Positions 13,040 to 24,320 of a DNA stretch of 64,000 bases are shown in pieces (within the stretch, counting starts at the first letter, position 1; each line of letters begins with the position of its first letter). The stretch spans positions 2,286,506-2,350,505 of the forward strand of contig MU004235.1 in NCBI GenBank assembly GCA_010405405.1, written 5' to 3'. Position numbers and translations under genes: made by a program. This DNA comes from Microthyrium microscopicum (lineage: Eukaryota). The notes under the pieces were generated by a model that ran no database searches, was not told the origin of the DNA, and saw only the letters and a list, made by a program, of their open reading frames with translations.

Positions 13040-14337
13040 TGTGGGAAGGAAAGAGAACAGGGATGGGGATGGGAGACGTAATGTTTTATGATCGGGGTAG
13101 ATGGGTGGGAGAGACTGGGTGTGAAAGTATAAGTGATGGTGAATGCTGTAATTCTTGTATGAGTAGATGCGAGTAGAATGAAGTTACTTACTGTCACCCG
13201 GCCTGTTCAGTTAATCGATCGATACTCGGCAGGCTAAACTATGGACTCTGATATCTGGACTGGATTTTGTCGGATGCTTAGGACTATAAGAGTATGGGAT
13301 CATAAGAGCATGGGATCCTACGAGCGTGAAATGCGAGACTCAAGATCCTCATACTTGGACATGGAATGGAACGGGGCAACGGACGAACTTATACCCACGG
13401 ACTATTTAGTATACAGGACAAATCTTAGATATAATTACGCCGACTACCGCTTCACGAACCCACAGCAAGGCCACTCTCTAGTGGTCATGCCATATTCTAG
13501 CGACCGACTGCTGTTATGGTCGAGGAACGCGATGCCAAATTTGATCTATCGTCGATTACCAGTGTTCAATTCCCTCGCCCACCACCAAAAATTTTAAGAA
13601 GAATCCAATTAAAAACAGCGATATCTGTCGTCAATACATTGGAAATCCCCCAAAAAGTTTTCTGGACCTAGTATATATCAGTTGGATAGCGATATCGAAC
13701 AAAAAACTCGCGCAACCAAAAGTAAACACACCTAAAACGATCAAAAAAATTCAACGCCCACCACTTCAGAAGTAGTAAAGTATTGATAAAAAGCCAATAA
13801 TTGAGAACTACAATGCCTATTAATAAAGCGGCTCCCTTACTATGCTGGCTGCTAAATCCCCGGAACTAGCCAAAGAATCCGTCGTCGCCGTAAGCGTGGT
13901 AATTCCTTTCCTATAAATGCACTGCAGCGTGTCGACAAGGAAAGAAACCGTCATGGCTAAGCAGTTTCGGGTTAGCTTCAAATATTCATGTGGTGTACTT
14001 TTCACGATACATTCACAAGCTACTTTCAGCAGAACTTTTATAAACGAAATTCCAGACTTGTTGAATATATGCAGGTTTTCGACTCCTGCAAAATGTAATA
14101 ACCTGAAAAACCAAGCCTAGAAAAAATAATTGAACATCAGGACAACACGAGAATTGCGTGCCACATACATGAAAATAAAATACATATATTTCCGTCCATG
14201 AGGCTGATATTCAGCCTTATACATGGCTCGTACCTGGATATCAGCAGCAACAGCAATTGCTTCCTTAATATTTCCCTTTGGAAATTCAATTTAATTTTGC
14301 ATATGCGAAACAAGTAGTGTCATTTATTCATTGCTAT

Positions 14338-15873
14338 CTAACATGCAAACATTTTTGTTGTGCTGACGTTTATCCTGCTCCACTTTTGACCCGTCCTCAG
14401 TGACATCCAAAACTGCATCGGCCAGTACACATGGTATAGCCACCATAGAGGCAGAGGATCCCGTCTCTCGAAAGTGCCATCGCGCCAGTGAACCAAGTGT
14501 TCGAAGAATAAGGATAGCTTGCGTGCTAGGTCTGTGAAAGAATTATTTGGCCGTAGAAGAAGTGGTGCGAATAGCGGCTGCAGTACAAGCTCAACGAGGT
14601 CATGGCCAATCCAGTAGTATTTGTCCTGAAGTCGTGGTCTTATCGGCAAGTCCACACGGCCTTCGTTCTCGGCGTGACCATTCTGGTCGTTAGTTGGATT
14701 TGGTGCATCCAAGATTGAAAGATAGGCCGCTGCCATCTCCGGCGTACTGTTGAATAAGACCACAGCGGTATGGGCCCTGGGGTTGCATTCGATGGGATAC
14801 AGTATCAAATCGGCATCTTCACGGATGCTGTGTTCACCGTCCATCTGATGTTCTTCAACCATAAAGTCGAAACTGAGATGCCCAGTAAAGCCGCTTCCTG
14901 CTCTAGCCGCAAATTTCTGTGTAAACTCCAGCAAGGCTCGATCAAGTTTGCAATCGACTTGCAACGCAGCATAGTGCATGAGCAGTTCCGCACTAGGTAA
15001 AGAAGTAAAAAGCTTCACCGCGCCATTAATCACCAGAGCGTGAGTACAATACTCCGGCCCCTTGATATATTGCTGAAGTATCCACGGACACTTTGCAGAA
15101 ATTGACAGTGTCTCCAAGTGCCTCTTGGTCTCCTTGTCCGTTGCCTTGGGAAGTAATGTCATATCGCCACGATGTGTATCGTCCATTCCTGTTGGCTTCA
15201 TGATAAACTTGCGATCCTTCGGCGCCTGTCGCAGCGCTCTTTCCACCGCGTCCAAGCTAGTAATCTCATGTGTTTCTGGAACAGTGAGACCTATACTTTG
15301 GGTATGCTTGATGAAGCTATGCTTCTCATGCAAGAGCTGTGTAGTCGTAACATTAAATTGTATTGCCTTGCATTTCGTCCTAGCTTCCAGGATCTCCTTG
15401 ACTTCACCATCTTCTACTGCCGAAGCGACACCAGAACACGAACACCATAGATCAACGTCTTCGGCTTCCACGAGTCGAAGGATATCTTGAATATAAGCTC
15501 CCGAGCCTCTGACAGCATCTGGCTTCCGCAGTGTGAAGTATTTGGACAGTGAGGTGGATACTCGGCCGCATGCAAGTGAGGAAAAGTCTGCTCCAATGAC
15601 ATTGTGACCAGCTTCATAGAATGATCGGGCAATGGCCAGTCCTTTGCTCATTCCAACGCCAGTGACAAGGATGGTTTTTGGTTGAAATGGTGATTTTTGC
15701 CTGGCCGCATTTCGACGTTTTTCTGCGGTTGATGGAGTAATCCGGTTTATTATCAAACTCGCAAGACATATCAACGTCGTCAAAGGTAGTAGTCCCAGGC
15801 TGAGAATGAGCAGTGAAATATTTTTGAGCCAATGTCGGATTTGATTTAGGCGTGGGCCTATCATTGTTGACAT
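14338..15873 (-). CDS. ATP-grasp ligase, MysC-like (mycosporine amine ligase)
   Basis: Hydrophobic N-terminal helix, then TILVTGVGMSKGLAIARSF, LHEKHSF, PWILQQYIKGPEYCTH, FTGHLSFDF, YPIECNPRAHTA and YYWIGHDL, all typical of MysC-type ATP-grasp enzymes. Lies next to DDGS. Confidence 0.9.
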   Translation of the reverse strand: MSTMIGPRLNQIRHWLKNISLLILSLGLLPLTTLICLASLIINRITPSTAEKRRNAARQKSPFQPKTILVTGVGMSKGLAIARSFYEAGHNVIGADFSSLACGRVSTSLSKYFTLRKPDAVRGSGAYIQDILRLVEAEDVDLWCSCSGVASAVEDGEVKEILEARTKCKAIQFNVTTTQLLHEKHSFIKHTQSIGLTVPETHEITSLDAVERALRQAPKDRKFIMKPTGMDDTHRGDMTLLPKATDKETKRHLETLSISAKCPWILQQYIKGPEYCTHALVINGAVKLFTSLPSAELLMHYAALQVDCKLDRALLEFTQKFAARAGSGFTGHLSFDFMVEEHQMDGEHSIREDADLILYPIECNPRAHTAVVLFNSTPEMAAAYLSILDAPNPTNDQNGHAENEGRVDLPIRPRLQDKYYWIGHDLVELVLQPLFAPLLLRPNNSFTDLARKLSLFFEHLVHWRDGTFERRDPLPLWWLYHVYWPMQFWMSLRTGQKWSRINVSTTKMFAC

Positions 15874-16397
15874 GGCAGTATTTATATGGCAGCTATGTTA
15901 ACAGATATCGCCTGAGCGCAGCATCTATCATTGTTTGCCACTATGGTCAATGGTAACAAGCGTCCGAAATTGAGGTAGAATGAAAATGAACAGGACTGAC
16001 TCCGGTGCTCGGCTGTATTAGTCAAAGGATAAAAGAAAGCTAATGTATACGTCATGACTGTATCCTGTAAGCTAATAACAGCCTCCAGAATGCTCGTTTA
16101 CATGTGCCGCTCTTGCTTGAAATAAAATGAGGGAAATGAGGTGGAAGCAGAACTACAGAAGTTCGACATATTAGTAATCTCCATTTCCGTTCACGATTAC
16201 GGTCAGATCTGTTCTTTTGATTTCCAAACATAATAATTGATGTCTATACTTTAGAGTGCCAGAGCTGCATCTTTTTACCCAAAATCGAAATGGAACCACC
16301 ATCGCTTATGCTGTTTGACAATTATTACCCACCCATCAGAAGTGGACACAGCAGTTCGCAACCCATCAACCATCAGCATGGTTCAGAAAGTATCCGC

Positions 16398-18026
16398 TCA
16401 TGCACCATTGCTGACACCATTTTGTACACCATTCGTGGCAGCGGCCTTGACGCCATTGCTGTCACCGTTCTTGGCTCCGTTACTATGGCCGTTCTGGACC
16501 CCGTTGCCAACGCCATTGGGGATGACCGTCTTTAGGTCGTTAGCCACGCCGTTCTTGACTTCACCATTGGCTAAATCGTCGTTGAGCACATTGATCTTGA
16601 CAGCATTCGAATCGCTGGTAGTCGTCATAACCGACTTGCCGTTCATGGTGTAGCCAGTATCGCTCGGGTCCACAAAGGCATCAATACCCTCACCATTGCG
16701 AGGATAGCCCTTCATGATTTCCTTGTGCTTGCGTAAGGCAGCAAGGAGATCTTCCTGTGACACGTCGTTCAAGAAAACGCACTTCCCAAGTGGACTTGGA
16801 ACGGCCGCTCGTAAAAGACCATCTCTTGTTCTCAAAATTGCTTGTGTACCCTTGTCGAGAATTTCTTCGTCGAATTGAGGATGGTCCATTGATAAACCGG
16901 CCTTGGAGAACAGGTTGAGTAGACGCTCATGTTGCTCATTGCTAAGCAAACCTTGGACGTTAGCCAGTGTAGCGGAATAAGCCATATCAATTGAAATGGC
17001 ATGACCATGTCGTAGAGGAACTTCAGGTACTAGTTCATGTAGAGGGGACCACCTGTGGAGGTTAGTAATGAGAAATATATTGTCTGACAAAAGCTTCTTA
17101 CGTATGTCCGTAGGCAATGACTCTATCGAGACCAATTTCGTGTAAGTTTGGCGTCTCGAGTTTCAACATCTCGTAGATACCGGCCTTGTTGATTGTATCT
17201 GCTGCATCACGCACCTCTTGGGATGCGCCATCGGCACGACCAAATGCAGTACCAATGAGCTGCTCACAGTATTTGTCGAGGAGATCGAAGGTAGAGATGT
17301 GAGCACAAGATGATATCTTGATCAACTCTGCAAATCCATTGCGAATCTGGGCCTCTGGAAGTGTTCGCAGAAAGCTAAAGTCAAGAAATGTTTTCATGGG
17401 CGCATGATAAGCACCAAGACGATTCTTATAGTTGCCATGATTGACAGCTACCTTGATCGAAACCGATGCATCAATCAGACCAATCAAGGTCGTTGGAACA
17501 CGAATGAAGTTCGTGTTTCGTCGGTAAGCGGCGGCAGCGAAACTATATCAGGTCAGTATGTTATCGTGGTGAAAGTGTAGCGTAGACAGAGGACTTTGTA
17601 CCCAGCGACGTCAGTAACTAGTCCACCTCCAACAACGAGAACCGGTTCCTAGGGAAGTCAGCCAAAGTTTATCTCATCATATTGCGCGTGATTTACTTTT
17701 CTGTAAATGCCAAACTTGGTCATGGAATCCACAATGCTCAAGAATGTATCGATGGTTTTTGCTTTCTCACCAATCTTGGTCTTATGCACGCTCAGGGTGA
17801 TGTCGTGGTGATCGAAATACTTCTGAATCTGCATGCCATAGCTGTTGAAGATGTTGGCGTCCATGACAGCCAAACATCTGCCCCATCTTTTGTAGCTTTC
17901 CGCAAGGTTGGGCTTCGAGGTATCGAAGACGTTATCCAGGAAATGAAAATCGTACTCGATCTTCTCGTAGCCCGCCACATGAAAACCATCTGGTCGCTCA
18001 GCGACAGTGGCTTGAAGATTGGACAT
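16398..18026 (-). CDS. Desmethyl-4-deoxygadusol synthase (sedoheptulose-7-phosphate cyclase, MysA-like)
   Basis: Four exons. [56 protein letters not shown], and [11 protein letters not shown]...[12 protein letters not shown]. The last motif is DDGS-type rather than EEVS- or DHQS-type. Confidence 0.92.
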
Positions 18027-19191
18027 GTTTTGGAAAAGCTCTGTGGTAACACTGCAATCACAATTGGTTATGGTCTGTAGTCTTCAAAGGTACCCTCAGC
18101 TTCTTGTACTCTCAGGGAACAGTTTTGGAACCCAGCTCTAGAACAATCATGCTGTAATGAGGTATTAGAACTAGCTTCTACAAGCTCAGCCATTTCTTGA
18201 GTACTACTTGTGAATTGAAAGCATAATCCACAATTGCTGCTGTATTGTTGACATGTTGAATATGCACCTCGCAGGTATGTGCGATTTCGGATGCTTGTGA
18301 AGACTACCAAAGCCCTGTATTGAGCTTTGAGTACCTGTCATGGATGTGAGATGCAGCGCGTTCAGATGTCTTTTCCCTGTTGATTCATCGATTCCGTGTG
18401 TCTTGGACGCGATCTGCGAAAGATTTCTTCGTACAAGCATTCCATTAGACTGGCACGCCGTTCAAACGTGTTCTTGGCTCTTTCTGTGGTCGAGGTTCGA
18501 GAATTTGAGGTCGAGCGAATTGCTACGCTGAATAAAGCGTACATGCGTCATTCAATACCTCTCTATGACGGGCTGATGGGATTGTGAAGGTTAACCATGC
18601 ATTTTGCAGCCCAGAGAACCAAGATATTGCAAGCTCCGGTAACCCTGTACATTCACAGACTTCGATGACGCTAAAAAAAGATAGAAATGCTTCCAGGGAC
18701 AATAATTCACATGTTTTAGCGTGCTTCAGCCCCAGCTTTCGCTCAGATCCACACTTTAACTCCTAACTCTATTCTAGCCTCCATTATGTAGCCACATATC
18801 TTCTCAATACCTGCTCCTGTATCCAAGATCAAGCTCGTTGGATCTGGCGTACTTGCTTGCTCCCCAGACTTCTCCCGTCAGTAGTCACTCTAATAGATAT
18901 GACGCTAAACCTAGAACAATAACCATAGCGATCATGACCCAGAGTTATCATTCTAGACTTGCATGAGGTTAATCCTTGAACCGATGTTTTGTCTGAGCTG
19001 TAGGTAATGGTGACGACCAACAACCCACCATCTCCCCACGCAATCATGTCAGAAATTGCGTGCGACCATCACACTAAGCACAATTGCAGGATCGGAACGT
19101 GTTTACAGTGCTTGTCAGGCATCACAGTGTGAAATTGATATACGATCACTTAACACTAGAACTATTGGATAAGCATCCATATCAACTGTTA

Positions 19192-20145
19192 ATGGCACAA
19201 CATAGCTTCAATCCAGAAAAGAAGTATGCGGAGCAGGAAGACATATTTGTAAGAGTATGACCCTCCAAATAATGATTTCCTACTAAAGTTGACAGTTTGA
19301 CGATGGCAGAGAAATCGAGTTGTTGCATTTCGTCTATGGTCACCCGCAAATCGATGATATAAGAGGGAATCCACAGCGGGTCCTGGCAGCCATTGACGAA
19401 TTTGGTCGCACTAAGAAATACCTCATGAACGTTGGTGAGGACAAAGGTCGCATTGTAACGGAGAGAATAGCCAGTGAGAAACCAAAAGTAATGATGGAAC
19501 TTGGTGGTTACGTTGGATACTCGGCTATACTATTCAGCGATGCCCTACGCAAAGCTGGGGGCACACGTTATTGGACTCTTGAGCGCAATCCTGAGTTTGC
19601 AGCCGTTGTGGCCTCACTGGTAGATCTGGCAGGGCTCAGTGATCTCGTTAGAGTTGTTGTCGGACCAAGCGATGCATCAATATCACGATTACACAAAGCA
19701 GGCCAATTGAAGCATGTCGATGCTATATTTCTGGATCATTACAAACCGGCATACACAACAGATCTCAAGCTCTGTGAAGAGCTCAAGCTTGTAACACCTG
19801 GATCCATTCTCTTTGCAGACAATGTCATCAAGCCCGGAAACCCTCCATATCTGGAGTATGTGAGAAGCACTTGTGAGGAGAAGCGGAAACGAGTAAAGGT
19901 CGGGAAGGTCAACGGTATCGATAGCCAATTTCCGGATCGTACAGCGAGTCAGTACAAATCTCGAGAAGGTCAAGAGAAGCTGGATGAAACGAGATCAGGC
20001 AATCCAAATCTGATATATGAGAGTGAGTTGGTTCATAGCTATGAACCGAGCGGTGTTAAGGTTCGTCATTTCAGGACTGCGAATTATCTTCACTGACGGA
20101 AAGCAGGATGCAATAGAAATTACAAGATGTGTCGGAGAAGAATAA
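19192..20145 (+). CDS. SAM-dependent O-methyltransferase (catechol OMT-like, MysB role)
   Basis: Three exons: MAQHSFNPEKKYAEQEDIF/FDDGREIELLHFVY..., MELGGYVGYS (SAM motif I), FLDHYKPAY and ADNV; the last exon is DAIEITRCVGEE*. Divergent from DDGS. Confidence 0.9.
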
Positions 20146-20733
20146 CGCAAGCAGCAGCACTAATTGTAAAGGTTGCATAGAGTCATGGCAACATCTCATC
20201 AACATGATCCGCAGAAAATACCGGAAGTGTCAGAAGCTTGATCATACACAGGTTGACAGGGCGTCTTGTACGGAATTAAAGTTAAAAGTGGGCGACGTAT
20301 GTTGAGAGACAGTCGGCTTCTTCGCCAAACACTCAAAATGAATAATAATGCTAGCATTGTATTGTGCGAAATGATACCTGGCATCAATCTACTATAAACA
20401 GAAGTTTCATGAGTCATTTCAGATATAGCTTTAATGCTGAATGTAGGCAAGGTGAGAAAATCGTATGGCTGTTTCAATGCTCAATGCATCACGAGTTCAC
20501 GACCATGTTTGTGAACACCACTACATGCTAATGCTTTCCAAAGTGAAAACAAATGATTCGCAACCTTAATGCTAACAAGCTCTACTCAGCTCCGATCATC
20601 GGTCAAGTCTATGATCTCATCGTTGGTACGCCATGAGAGTTGGGGCCCCAATCAAACTTTCCTTGGTGACTGGTAGCATCGCAAGAATTTTAGTTCGTCC
20701 AGTCATTTGTCACCATGGACCGTCTCGGTTGAT

Positions 20734-23700
20734 ATGGAAAGCAATTACTTTGTATGTACACTTGGAGAGGCAGACGAGTGTACTCACAAGCCGCATTATC
20801 AAAACGTTAACCAACTACTGGACGAACAATTTCAGAAAAATCCTGATCTCCCGGCCATAGGATTCTATACGGTCTCAAAAACCATTACAGCCGAATATGA
20901 AGAGCTTGGATACGAAGTTCTAACCTTCAAGCAAGTACAACAAGGTGTACTGCTCACTGCGGAACTACTCAAAGACAATATCACTGCGAACCCGAAGCAA
21001 GCCGTAGGACTTCTGTGCGCAAGCTCCCCTAGATTCCTCTTCACATGGCTGGCTTGTATCAGACTGGACCACCCGGTGTTGTTGATAGCACCAGAGTGCT
21101 CGGCAGCAGGTATTGCACAACTCTGCGAAGATTGCGGAGTCAAAGTCCTCATTACCGACGACAAAAATGCGGAACTTGGTCAAGATGCATCAAATCAAAG
21201 GGCGAATGGCGAAAAAGTTGGATTGTCGATTGTAACCATGCCTTTTAGTGAGGCAGAAGTCAGCGAGATCGTCAGGAGAGAAACAAAAAGCTTCCTGGTA
21301 TCTCCCATCGTCGCCAGTAAAGAAACTGCATATTTTCACCATACCTCCGGCACATCCTCTGGCTCTCCAAAGCCCATTCCACAATCACATCATGGAGCTG
21401 TAGGAGTACTTCCGGTATTTGATGGGGAGAGTATGGCAACATTCACTACAACACCGTTGTACCATGGTGGACCAGCAGATATCTTTCGCGCCTGGACAAG
21501 TAATGCTCTAATATGGCTCTTTCCATCACACAAGCTGCCCATTACCCCAGGAAACATCTGTCGATGTTTGGCGACAAGCAGCGCTGCTGCAAAGACCCAA
21601 CGACTGCCACCGATATGTTACTTCGCGACGGTCCCCTATATACTACAAATGATGTCGGCGCAAATGTCCGCGGAAAAGACCGCAGTTGCATCTATGCAAC
21701 GTATGAGTCTAGTGAGCGTGGGTGGTGCGGCTTTATCAAGAAAAGTTGGCGACGTCTTGGTCAGGGAAGGCGTGAAACTGGTTTCCAGATTTGGCAGTGC
21801 CGAATGTGGATTTCTCTTGTCATCTCATAGAGACTACCTCAGGGACCGAGAGTGGCAATATCTCAGACCACCAGACAACTCAAACAAACTCAAATTCGAA
21901 AAACGGGAAGAAGGACTGTATGAGTTGGTCGTACTCGCTGGCTGGCCGCACATGGCGAAGAGCAACCGCGAGGACGGATCATATGCCACTTCAGATCTTT
22001 TCGAGCCACATCCGCGTCTTAAAAATGCTTGGAGGTACCACTCGAGGGCTGATGCCCAGATCAGCTTGGTTACAGGAAAGAAGTTTGATCCAGCGCCCAT
22101 CGAAGATGCCGTAGTCGCAGCAACCTCATTATTAGCGCATACGTTAGTCTTTGGCAACGATAAGCCATATCCTGGAATGCTCTTATTTCGATCTGAAGGA
22201 GCCGCGGAGATGAGTGATCAAGAAATCATGGAAGTACTGGCACCGATCGTACACAGAATTGGTGTCGAAGGTCAAGCTCATACGCGGATATCAAATGATA
22301 TGCTCATACCTCTGCCATTTTCAAGGACCGCTCTGGAAAAAAGTAGTAAGGGCACGATTCTGCGTGGCCGAGCACAAAAACGCTACGCTAGGGAGATTGA
22401 GAGCGCCTATGACAAAATTGGAGACTGTGGCAGCCGGAGCTGTCCTGATGAGGAATTGCCAAATGTAATCACTCGCATTGTGCTGAGCAGCAAGCCCGAC
22501 CTCGATGCTGAGAAACTTCATCCAACTACAGAGTTGTATTCTTTTGGGATTGACTCAATTGCGAGCATAAAGATTAGAAAGCAGCTCCAGCAACTGCTGC
22601 CTGAAGATGCGCAACATGTATCCTTCAGTGTGGTTGAAGATTGTGGTTGTGTGGCACATTTGGTTGACCACATTCGAGCTCTCAGAGAAGGAGTAGATCA
22701 AAGCGATACAGCATCGGCAGAGGACAACCATAAGATGATGCTTGACCTAGTGGCTAAATACAGCAACTTTGCTGAGCATACCTCACAAGCCTTTAAGCCA
22801 GAAACTGTCAACAACCCAGTAGGGCAAATGGACGAAGTAGTGGTTCTGACTGGTGCTACTGGATTCCTCGGATCGTATGTGTTAGATCTGTTGAGATCAA
22901 ATCTAGGTGTTAAGCATATATATTGCTTGGTACGTGGTGCCACATCGACAGCTGCGTATGAACGTGTACACGAGTCACTCCAAAGCAGACAACTCTCTGG
23001 TCTAGAAGACAGCAAGAACATCTCAGTGCTACAAGCAAGACTGGGCGACGAAGATCTTGGCCTGGATGCTGAAAGCCTCGATAAAATCAGACATGAAGCT
23101 ACGATTGTCTTGCACCTTGCGTGGTCAGTCAACTTCCGTCTAAAGCTGCCTAGCTTCGAGAACGATATCGCAGGTGTGCGCAATCTCATCAACCTCTGTG
23201 CCACATCCTCGCGAACAGAGAAGCCAAAATTCGTGTTTTGTTCGTCAGTTGCAAGTGCATTGAACCACACTTGGTTAGTCGTGCCTGAAACAATCTTGGA
23301 CGATCCTTCTTCGGCAACATCCATCGGATACTCGCAGAGCAAGTGGGTTGCTGAGCAAGTATGCTCAAAAGCTGCTGCAACGACGCTCCAAGGCAGAATA
23401 ACGATTCTTAGAGTGGGTCAACTGAGCGGCAATTGTTGGAACGGTGTTTGGAATATGAAGGAAGCCTGGCCGCTAATGTTGAGTACTGTAAAGCTCACTG
23501 GTAGCCTCCCCGAACTAAAAGGGGAAATGTTGGATTGGCTACCCGTTGATATAGCAGCAGCAGCTGTTGTTCAATCAGGGATGTGCTCAGAAGTGGAAAA
23601 CACGTTAGAAGTATTTCATGTTATGAATGAGGACACGAGGGTGCTTTGGCAGGATGTGCTGGACTGGTTACAGAAAAGACTTTGTGTGCCTTTGGAGATA

Positions 23701-23967
23701 GTCACCCCTCAGCATTGGGTTAAGCAGCTGGAGAATGCGCGGGATGCCGGTTCACAGCATCCGGCTCTACAACTTCTCGAGCATTGGAAAAATAGCTACC
23801 AAGATTATAATGGTGTTTATGTTGATCGGAGAAGATTCAGTATGGAACGTACCGGATGGGTTTTGCCAATGCTGAATTGGGTACAACCGGTCGACTTGCG
23901 GTATTTCCACGCGATTTGGACTTGGATCGATTCCTACTCTCAAGATGTAATAGATCTTAGTAATTAA
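20734..23967 (+). CDS. NRPS-like adenylation-thiolation-reductase (A-T-R, carboxylic acid reductase type)
   Basis: A domain: HHTSGTSSGSPKPI, PLYHGG, SRFGSAECG, YATSDLF and HSRADAQISLVTGKK. T domain: LYSFGIDSI (phosphopantetheine Ser). R domain: VVLTGATGFLGS, HLAWSVNF and GYSQSKWVAE (YxxxK). No condensation domain. Confidence 0.92.
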   Translation: MESNYFVCTLGEADECTHKPHYQNVNQLLDEQFQKNPDLPAIGFYTVSKTITAEYEELGYEVLTFKQVQQGVLLTAELLKDNITANPKQAVGLLCASSPRFLFTWLACIRLDHPVLLIAPECSAAGIAQLCEDCGVKVLITDDKNAELGQDASNQRANGEKVGLSIVTMPFSEAEVSEIVRRETKSFLVSPIVASKETAYFHHTSGTSSGSPKPIPQSHHGAVGVLPVFDGESMATFTTTPLYHGGPADIFRAWTSNALIWLFPSHKLPITPGNICRCLATSSAAAKTQRLPPICYFATVPYILQMMSAQMSAEKTAVASMQRMSLVSVGGAALSRKVGDVLVREGVKLVSRFGSAECGFLLSSHRDYLRDREWQYLRPPDNSNKLKFEKREEGLYELVVLAGWPHMAKSNREDGSYATSDLFEPHPRLKNAWRYHSRADAQISLVTGKKFDPAPIEDAVVAATSLLAHTLVFGNDKPYPGMLLFRSEGAAEMSDQEIMEVLAPIVHRIGVEGQAHTRISNDMLIPLPFSRTALEKSSKGTILRGRAQKRYAREIESAYDKIGDCGSRSCPDEELPNVITRIVLSSKPDLDAEKLHPTTELYSFGIDSIASIKIRKQLQQLLPEDAQHVSFSVVEDCGCVAHLVDHIRALREGVDQSDTASAEDNHKMMLDLVAKYSNFAEHTSQAFKPETVNNPVGQMDEVVVLTGATGFLGSYVLDLLRSNLGVKHIYCLVRGATSTAAYERVHESLQSRQLSGLEDSKNISVLQARLGDEDLGLDAESLDKIRHEATIVLHLAWSVNFRLKLPSFENDIAGVRNLINLCATSSRTEKPKFVFCSSVASALNHTWLVVPETILDDPSSATSIGYSQSKWVAEQVCSKAAATTLQGRITILRVGQLSGNCWNGVWNMKEAWPLMLSTVKLTGSLPELKGEMLDWLPVDIAAAAVVQSGMCSEVENTLEVFHVMNEDTRVLWQDVLDWLQKRLCVPLEIVTPQHWVKQLENARDAGSQHPALQLLEHWKNSYQDYNGVYVDRRRFSMERTGWVLPMLNWVQPVDLRYFHAIWTWIDSYSQDVIDLSN

Positions 23968-24320
23968 TACGTCCATAGAAGTGTTCGCGTTTCTCAACCT
24001 GCATTGTACCAAATAAGCTCTAGGATTGGCGTAGCCCACGATAATGGAAGACAACTCTGTAGCAGGCTTCGAGAACAAGAGAAAATCTTAGAGTGACAAG
24101 CTCAAGCTGATAGAGTATCTCGCTTGTCCCAAGTACAACCATCCCGCAATCCTTTCCAAACTTCAAGAAAGCGCTCAGCCTTGCCAACCTTGTCAGCCTT
24201 ATAGACTTTTCGGCAAATGCCGTCGGAATGCCGAAATCCGACCATCTTTGACCACAACCTTTCCGGCTTTCTATTTCTACAACATCTATTTTTGTATTCC
24301 CTACCAATTTGGACGTATCG

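Noticed and set aside
16398..18026. 3-dehydroquinate synthase or EEVS (gadusol/validamycin type)
   Set aside because: The PNLHE and VIAYGHTWSP motifs plus the OMT and ATP-grasp neighbours indicate DDGS. Fungal DHQS is part of the pentafunctional AROM protein.
18027..19191. Light-response (White Collar GATN-repeat) elements in the DDGS/OMT promoter
   Set aside because: Scattered CGAT/GATC words occur, but not clearly above background by eye.
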